Below, one piece after another: positions 55,774 to 64,000 of a stretch of 64,000 nt of DNA. How positions within the stretch are numbered: the stretch's first letter is position 1; each line of letters begins with the position of its first letter. The translations under genes were made by a program, and so were the position numbers. The notes beneath the pieces were generated by a model. That model was given only the letters and a program-made list of their open reading frames with translations. It was not told the origin of the DNA and searched no databases. The DNA comes from Chrysomallon squamiferum (taxonomy: Eukaryota; Animalia; Mollusca): the NCBI GenBank assembly GCA_012295275.1, contig CM022673.1, positions 27,218,001 through 27,282,000 of the forward strand. Reading direction: 5' to 3'.

Positions 55774-56278
55774 TCACGCGTCTGTTTCCTTGAGAGAAAA
55801 AACTCGACTGGCTGGACCGGTTCTGGTTAGTTCTTCCAGCATTTCTTGTGCAGTGTATTTGTTGTAACTGTCCTGACTGTCGCAACCTTTGTACAACAGG
55901 CAGGGGTTAAATATTTGTTCCTCTCGTGAGCACAGATTTTCATGATTGCCTGTATTTAAAACAGATTATATAAGCTGAACACATTCGCTAGTAAGTTATT
56001 CATCATGTTATGTAAGTTTTGGGGTGTGTTTTTTTGGGGTGGGGAGGGGATTGTTTGGGAGTTTCTTTTTTAAACACACTAGCAGTATGCATGTAATTAT
56101 GTTCTTGTTAAAAATACTCCAGCTAAAGAACTTGTGTCATTAGAACAAGAAGCATTTTCGGAGTGTTTGAAGAGCATTCATTACGTTCAAGTTTATTTTC
56201 TAAGGAGGCGATGGTAATAGGCTTCGAAAGTATAAGTGACAATGATTTCGATAACAGACATCTGAGGAGTAGCTAAAG

Positions 56279-56357
<79 letters not shown>

Positions 56358-57019
56358 CTGACTGACTGACTGACTGGAGCGAAATGTCTTTGGCATAACA
56401 GTACCTACCTCCTATGTTCAATACCTTAAGTGATGCATACTGTGGATTGGTGGAGCATCCTGGAATGTACTGACAATGGTCACAGTAAAGCACGTTTTTC
56501 AGAAGTGAGAGGCCCTCGTCGTCGTTGTTGTTGGTGTTCATTAGCTGAGGAACGCCGCCGAGCACGTTCTCCAGCTCTCTTTCCAGTTCTTTGTTCTTTT
56601 CCCTGCTCTCAGCCAGCTGCAGCTGTTGTTTGTAGATGAGAAGCCGAAGTTCATTTATCTGCAATTACCAACAAATAACTTATCTTTACAAATATATATA
56701 TATATATTAAAATAATAGTAATAACAATAATAACAACAACAATAATTATAATAACGATAATGATGATGATGATGATAATAATAAAAAAAACACATGCACT
56801 CGAATCTATTTTCTATTAATAAACTGATAATAAAATCAATTGTATACGTTTCCTTTTGCAAAAAACAGACGGAGTTTCTTAAAATAACATTTACGCTAAT
56901 TCTAAATATAAAAAATTAAATTAAAAAAAAAGTAATAAAGTAAAATAAAATAAATGAAAATAAAAATGAAAATACATTTAAAACAAAACTAAATATTGTT
57001 TACATCCTTGATATCTGAA

Positions 57020-57065
<46 letters not shown>

Positions 57066-57725
57066 TTTTTTTTTCTAAATAATATTCGCCTGCACCTTGT
57101 TTTGTTTTGCACAGTCGAGTGCAAAGGCTTTCTCACGATTATGTTGTATACACAACAACGAGTCGAGAGTAGACCATAATCGAGGCTCATCTGGAACAGA
57201 AGATATTGTATATATAATAACAATGATTACAACAACAAAAAAATCGAGACTTAATTACAAAGAAGAAGAAAAAACAAATACATTTGTAATGTTCAGAAGT
57301 AAAATCGAAAGCACTACATTTGTGCCAAATAAAAACATTATATTACTAAAACCGACTTGCTTTTAAAGATATTTTTATTTCTTGTAGTGGCATTATTCGA
57401 GATAAAAGCAGACATTAAAAAACCACGTATTCAAAATGAACGAATGAATGGATGACATCTACAAACCAGGCTGAGTTTTCATGATTTCTGATATACCCGA
57501 CTGAAGAAACAAGGTGTCTGCTTTTAAACTTCTCTCTGTTGTCAGCCATTCTTCTTCTTTCTCTTGCAAAAACATCTACAGTTTAAAACAATATGACAAT
57601 AAAATCATCATCGTCGTCATAATCATTATCTTTATTATTATTTTTTATTATAGCGGAGAAACCCAGCAAACCGAATAATAATTCTGAAGTCATTCATTTA
57701 TTGTGTCCAAATATGTCTTTATCTC

Positions 57726-57783
<58 letters not shown>

Positions 57784-59524
57784 TACATAGGCACAGTCAT
57801 GCTGGTAAGAAGAAAAAAAAAAAGATCCCAAATCTAACAAAATAGTAATCTAGATAAAAACGTTAGTCAGTGATATAAATAAAGTAAAATAAAATAAAAA
57901 TAAATAAAATGAAGTAAAATAAACTAAAACAACATAAAATGAAGTAAAATAAACTAAAACAAAATAAAATGAAAAATATATATAAAAAAAAAAATAAAAA
58001 TAAAGACAGACAAACAGTAACGTGTTGTTTTACATACTGATCTGGAGTAACGCCCACCTGCACTGATTTCAGTTCTGACTTGAGAGTTTTAATTACGTCA
58101 CACAAACGTCTCGTGCGTTCGGTGCTCTTCTTCTGCATGTTTTCCAGTTGCGCAGCTTCTTTCATTATTTCTCCAATATAAATATATATTTTTTAAATTT
58201 ATTTCAACAATATCACAATATACATTTATTTATTTATTTATTTATTTATTTTAACAACATAACAATATAAATTTTTTTTTATTTGAACAATTTAAAAGCT
58301 ACGAAAAGAACATACTTTCAATTTAATATTTGTTAAGGGTGGTTCTTCATTATATAAACTTTAACACCGTAGTTTTTCCGTTTTTTCTTTTCCTGCCATG
58401 TATAGAGCTTTAATAAAAGACATTACGATATCGAACGAAATAGTATAAAAGTATAAGCTATCTTGCACTGACAAACTAGTTGAAATGTTTTATGAACTTA
58501 AAACGTTACGAGTTACTTTACCGATTAAAAGATATCGGTGTTGTCTCCAAAGTTCAGACACATCCCCCGCTATATTTCGAGCATTTTTCAAAGCCACTTC
58601 GAGGTCTTTCAGTTCCATGTTAGTTTGCTTGTTGACTGACTCTTCTTTATCCGCATGGAACAACTGTGGACACGACTCATCATCAACATCGTCATCGTTG
58701 CGCTTTTCTGACTGGTATTCTTTGTTCGACACTGTAGGAATAAACTTGACGTGCTTCACAAAAATGGGCAGAATCCACGAGAGATAATCGAACAGGTTGG
58801 CAATTTGCTTGTCCATGTTTTCTATCAGGCTGGCGGCTATTTCCATTGTAGACGACGAGCTGCACTCGCAGGAACATTGAGACTTGATGGACTCGTTCGA
58901 ATTGCTTGGACGGCGAAAACGTTGAGTGAAAAGAGAATCGAATGACACCGGTTCCTGATCTCCGGAGTCTCCCGGAAGAGAACGAGGCAGTTCGTGAAGA
59001 AACGATTTCGGCGAACCGATTTCCGAATCGCGTCGTTCGTTTTTGTCGATTAAGCCCGACTTCTCCGCGAGATCGGGAGCTCTGTCGTCCTGAGACCGAC
59101 GCATGTTATCATGAAAAATATCACTCTCGCTCCTCACTCGTCTCACAGCGTATTCTGATTCCAACAGGTTGCCGACTTCATTATCGTCCAGCAACGAACT
59201 GGATGACACCTCGTCAAGAACGACTCTTTCAGACGACGGCTTCCTTCTCAGAAACATCAGACTGTCGACTTTTGAGACCATGCGACTCTGCTCGACTCTC
59301 GCAGTGGATCTTGCCAGCAAATTGTGATCTACGGGGTCCGTCGTTTCTTCTTCCGTGTCACTCTGGCCGGCTTTTAAAATGGCTTCAGATACTAAAGAAT
59401 CCGTAATTTCTTCCTGACATTTATCTTCGCTAATGTTTATTGCACTTTCTCTATTAAACATCATCTTTCTAAACATCAATAAACCGCTATTTCTTACCGA
59501 ATTCTTGTTTTGGTATGACGTCAT
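55774..59524 (-). CDS. Uncharacterised protein with acidic/Ser-rich disordered N-half and coiled-coil C-half, about 581 aa, 6 exons
   Basis: Exons (minus strand) 59524-58522, 58170-58058, 57575-57467, 57190-57096, 56658-56409, 55949-55774; GT-AG, in phase, 1746 nt. Heptad segments: MELKDLEVALKNARN, LCDVIKTLKSELKSVQ, INELRLLIYKQQLQLAESREKNKELERELENVL. The exon 2 acceptor is an unusual GAG and the last two junctions have alternatives. No family recognised. Confidence 0.7.
56282..56375. repeat. (GA)n plus (GACT)n intronic microsatellite
   Basis: Direct reading. Confidence 0.9.
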
Positions 59525-59608
59525 ATCGGCACTTGTAAACTGACGTCACTGAATCGCTGATTCCAGCAAACAGCTGAATTAATTTTCTCTCCTTCACTCT
59601 TTTCTTTT

Positions 59609-59640
<32 letters not shown>

Positions 59641-59825
59641 CTTTTCCTTTTGTTTTATTTTACATTTTGTTAGTCCTTCTTTAATATTATAAACAGAAAA
59701 TAAAATTTTGTAATCACTTTGGTTAATTCAAAACATGTTTCTGAAACACTGCTTGTTACAATAAATTATAGGTTTTAATCCGTCACAGAACATTAACATT
59801 TTTTATCTAGTTGTGGATAATAATA

Positions 59826-59856
<31 letters not shown>

Positions 59857-60147
59857 TAATCTCGAACTCTGACGAAAAGCAATCTAAACTACCTATTTTC
59901 AAATTTTGTTTTCTTTGTTTGTTGTTGGATTTTTAATATTAGTCTGACAAACGTGATGACGTCATAAATCCAGATAAAATGGCGCATTAAGATAATTAAT
60001 TAATTATTTTTCTATTTATTTATTTTATTATATCACAAACACACACACACACACACTTTTTATTTTATAATGAATACTTCCTGTTCCAAAAAGCAGTGCA
60101 ATATTCCCTGTTATCTTTAAGCCGCCCGTGACAATAGCATGACGTCA
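59516..60147. promoter_or_regulatory. Cluster of four perfect CRE palindromes (TGACGTCA) between divergent genes
   Basis: TGACGTCA at 59516, 59541, 59957 and 60140, plus a YY1-like AAAATGGCG near 59977. Confidence 0.65.
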
Positions 60148-60393
60148 CAGCATCAAAGGACGTAATGAGTACAAAAAATGTTTTACAAAACCGTGACATT
60201 CAGTAAAATGGTCGGGATTAATCGATACAACAAAGGTGGAGCCTAGTAAAACTTAATCGGGAATCATGACAGTTGCACTAATAAAGTGAAATTTTTCTCA
60301 GATCCCATAGCGTTGCAGCTGAAAAAAAGTTTCACAGCAAGAACTACATGTATACATATATATAAGTGCTTAAGTGCTTAAATTCATATGGTT

Positions 60394-60517
<124 letters not shown>

Positions 60518-60701
60518 TTGTTCGACAGATAGCGAGTACTTTTTTTTGAAAAGTTTTTGGTTTTTGTTTGGCTGATAGATTGTCTATTTATTTATTTATT
60601 CATTTATTTATTTATTTATCTTTGTCTATTTTTAAACAGTGAAATAACATCCTATACTTCGCGTTACCATCGAAGGATCATTTGAAATACTGAACACAGT
60701 C

Positions 60702-61331
60702 ATGGACAAAGGTAACAATGAATTTTGTAGAGGACTGGATCAAGCCAAACAATGTTCGAATAACATCGCCTCTAAAGCTGCCGATGAATCGACTAATGTT
60801 TTAAACAGAGCAGTGGAAGGCACTGCAGGTGCCTATAGCAAAGCCAGGGATGATTCAGCCTATGTATACAACAGAGCTAAGGATGGTGCAACCAGTGTTG
60901 TCAACAAAGCCGTGGAAGGTACAACTAATGCAGTGCAAATGGTTAAGGACGGTACAAGCAATGTAATGAACAAAACTGTAGAGGGTACAACTAATGCAAT
61001 GAACAAAGCCAAGGAGGGTGCAACCACTGTTGTCAACAAAGCCGTAGAAGGTACAACTAATGCAGTGCAAATGGTTAAGGACGGTACAAGCAATGTAATG
61101 AACAAAACTGTAGAGGGTACAACTGCAGCAGTGCAGAAGGCCAAGGCGGGTACGACCAGTATAATCAGCAAATGCATGGAGGGTACGACAAATATAGTGA
61201 GCAAATGCATGGAAGGACTACAAAAGGTGAAGGTGGGAACAGCTAGCGCACAGACGAGGCCGAAGGAAGGCACAGTCGGTGGACAACAGAAAGCCAAAGA
61301 TGAGCCAGGTAATGTAGTGGGTAATGTTTAG
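60702..61331 (+). CDS. 11-mer repeat amphipathic-helix protein (LEA-3/perilipin-like), 209 aa
   Basis: Higher-GC ORF built of units such as AKDGATSVVNK/AVEGTTNAVQM/VKDGTSNVMNK/TVEGTTNAMNK, with Gly every 11 residues and a near-perfect 132-bp internal duplication. An acceptor at 60638-60639 implies an upstream non-coding exon. A possible donor at 61309 could extend the CDS. Confidence 0.78.
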   Translation: MDKGNNEFCRGLDQAKQCSNNIASKAADESTNVLNRAVEGTAGAYSKARDDSAYVYNRAKDGATSVVNKAVEGTTNAVQMVKDGTSNVMNKTVEGTTNAMNKAKEGATTVVNKAVEGTTNAVQMVKDGTSNVMNKTVEGTTAAVQKAKAGTTSIISKCMEGTTNIVSKCMEGLQKVKVGTASAQTRPKEGTVGGQQKAKDEPGNVVGNV

Positions 61332-64000
61332 GGCAGTTCAAGTTCTATCAGTAAAAATCGTGTTACGCAGCTTGACCAAGTAATTCATTTTTAAGCCAGA
61401 ATCATGAAACGTTCAGAGAGTTTGAAAATTTTGGTCTAATAGAATTCTGAATACAAAATCGAAAAGTATGAAGCAAATAATTAATAAAATATGCAGTCGT
61501 TCTTCAGTTGGATTATGTTTCTGAGTGATTTAATCAAGAAAGATTAGGTATGAAAATAACCGTTTATTGGTTTATTTCTTGAAAATATAAATATTAATGA
61601 TTGAATTAGAATCGACTTCACTAAAAATACATCAACTAACTGACATGTGAGCCCTGGTTTTTGTAACTGGTGTGTTGGCATCCAAATTGTATGTGATGCA
61701 AGAAAAAATGAGAAATAGTCATTTTTGTATGCTCTGTAGAGAAATTGTACAAAAAACCACCTCGGACACCCCAGATCGATTCAGGAATAAAGAGTGTGTC
61801 AGTTGCACAAAAGATGGTTTACTAATGAATAACAATAACGACAGACTGACTCTAAAATAACTAAATCACACTTGCCAATTAAAATAATAAACTACGGAAC
61901 ATCTTCACAAGCCGTAAAATGAACATAATTAAGGCATCTACTACTGTATTATTTTGATGTGCCAGTACTAGTCTCCACGACATCCAAGGTACTCCAGTTA
62001 TGAATGACCAACATACGTGTCTGCGAGTTCAGTGATCTCACTGTGTAAAAGGCATTTTACAGGACCTAGAGGAAACTATATACAGTGTGACTATAAAATT
62101 GATGAAAAATCTGGAGCAGTGAATGATGGTATTCTTATCTTTAAACTTATAATACACGTTCAACAGTATAACCTCGGCCAGATACTGTTAATTTTAGCAG
62201 TTAAAGTCTGTGGAGAATATGGCATAATTTACAAAATTCGAGTAACACCAAAGACAAATGTCACTAATAAATAATTATGTATTTTCCTACAGAGAGCAGC
62301 CCAAGGTATAAAAACGAACATACATTTGCAAAATAACAACAAAAATGATGTAGAACAGCTATTTAATTGATATCCGATATGGTACGTGACATTATGGCAA
62401 CAACATCAATGACACTGAATAAAGCCATCGGTTTAAATTAGTGACATATTTCAGAAAAAACAAATAATGGAAAATACTTATAACAGGCCAAAAGCATGCT
62501 TTTCGAGCATTTGTACTACATCTGTACTGCCAATTAAATGTCAGCGGATCAACTCACTGAATACATTTGTATTATTAACACCAGTGTGACAAAAAACCGT
62601 AATACATTTCTTCTGAGAAAGAATTAAAAAATCTCACTATCAACGTCATATAGTATTTGTCTGCTGAAAATGAGAAAAACAACAATTTATAACTAAAATC
62701 ATATCTTTTGATATTGTCACAATATGACTACTACATGCTCGACAAGGATCAGTACCACCAGTAACATTTCAGGTATTCTTTCCCATACAAAAACACATCA
62801 CGTATTAGGTATAGTGCTGCAATGTAATATTTATTTACCAGAACATTATTACAAGTCATTATGAACCAATATTCTGGCCAGTATTTAAGGCTGCGGTTAA
62901 CATACTCGAACTGAAGAATTACTCTTTCTATCTATACATCTAAAGATCAGTTAATTATTTTCAGAACTTTCTTAATAAAACCTGTAACGAAGTACGTTTT
63001 TTTTTTTCCAGTCGTCGAAGGATGGTGTAAACCACAGAATGTGTCTTGTGATTCACCTAACTCGAGGTTCTAGAGTTATCCGAGTACACATATTTGCAGA
63101 AACAAGGTTTTCGGTGCCATGTGTTTAAACGAACCTTAAGTCACTTCGTCGGACAAACACTTAATTCGTATTTGAACAAAAATATTTACCTCTTCGGATC
63201 GTCATGGCTCGTCGACTCCTTCCGGAATTTAGTATGCATGCGTCTGAGATCAAAACATTTATATTAATATGTTAGTTTTCTTGTTAAGTTTTAAAGTTGT
63301 TTTTTGTTTTGTTTTGTTTTGTTTGTTTGTTTGTTTTTTATTTTTAGATTTGTACATATAAATTGTATTATTATTTTCAATGTGTGTTACTACAAAAACA
63401 TTTCTATTAATTAATTAAACATTATCAATTAATTAAAAAATATATATATCAAAGAAGTATTTTTTTTTTTATTCATTTACTGATTGATTCTATTTTGCTT
63501 GAAAATGAACGGCGTAAAATTAACAGAATAATAACAATAATTAAGAAAATGAAAGTTAAACAAAACAAATAAATAAAACTTGCAGGTGCCATTTAGATGG
63601 ATTTATGAAAAACATATATGATTTTTTTTATTATTTTTTTTTCTTTTAATATCATCCAAAACATTTATATTTTTTTCCAGCCTACGCACGAAAATAATTA
63701 ACTAACTAACTAACTAACTAACTAACTGACTGATTAACTTACTAACTAACTAACCAACTAATCAACACTTATTTTTATTCTTCATCCTTCTTGCACATGC
63801 ATTTCTTCATCACGACTTGGGACCTCAGCTTTTCGAAGATCTGTTATTAATCATCATATTTTTCTTCCTTTCTCAAGTCCAGATGTCCATTTATGTTATT
63901 TTCATTATACCCACACTGAACACAGGGAACCAGGATCGGACCTCGCAGTCTGGGTCCAAGAAGGTCCAGACTGTTAGCAGCTTTATGAGAGTTCTTTCAG

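Noticed and set aside
60855-61297. Minus-strand hydrophobic ORFs over the 11-mer repeat gene
   Set aside because: Antisense shadows of a repetitive coding sequence.
63190-63244. Minus-strand exon-like segment (cag|...ATGACGATCCGAAGAG|gtaaat)
   Set aside because: No compatible downstream acceptor found; the coiled-coil gene's first exon lacks a polypyrimidine tract.
63775-64000. Higher-GC segment at the window end; possible minus-strand last exon (IFEKLRSQVVMKKCMCKKDEE*) or decayed LINE tail
   Set aside because: All frames are interrupted and the segment is truncated by the window edge, so it cannot be assigned.

Overview
AT-rich, microsatellite-rich, intron-containing animal genomic DNA. 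It is probably a gastropod mollusc; this is an inference from gene content and degraded SINE/LINE remnants. Most short ORFs in the track are microsatellite or low-complexity artefacts. Splicing GT-AG exons by hand gave seven protein-coding genes. (1) 8027-11841 (+): a 6-exon, 485-aa protein fusing an N-terminal YTH-like (m6A-reader fold) domain to an intact RlaP/YcgL-type Pol-beta-superfamily nucleotidyltransferase; this is the stand-out finding. (2) 13833-16878 (-): a SAXO3-like axonemal microtubule inner protein. (3) 18847-22241 (+): TMEM237, head-to-head with gene 2 and carrying a 1-nt frameshift. (4) 26992-28232 (-): a secreted G/Q/P-rich repeat protein, also with a 1-nt frameshift. (5) 30511-42580 (+): CPSF6/CFIm68, with a cassette microexon and a duplicated stop-containing pseudo-exon. 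(6) 55774-59524 (-): an uncharacterised coiled-coil protein. (7) 60702-61331 (+): an 11-mer amphipathic-repeat (LEA/perilipin-like) protein, divergent from gene 6 across a cluster of four perfect CRE sites. The window also holds an RTE-type LINE remnant, a MITE-like element and several satellites.
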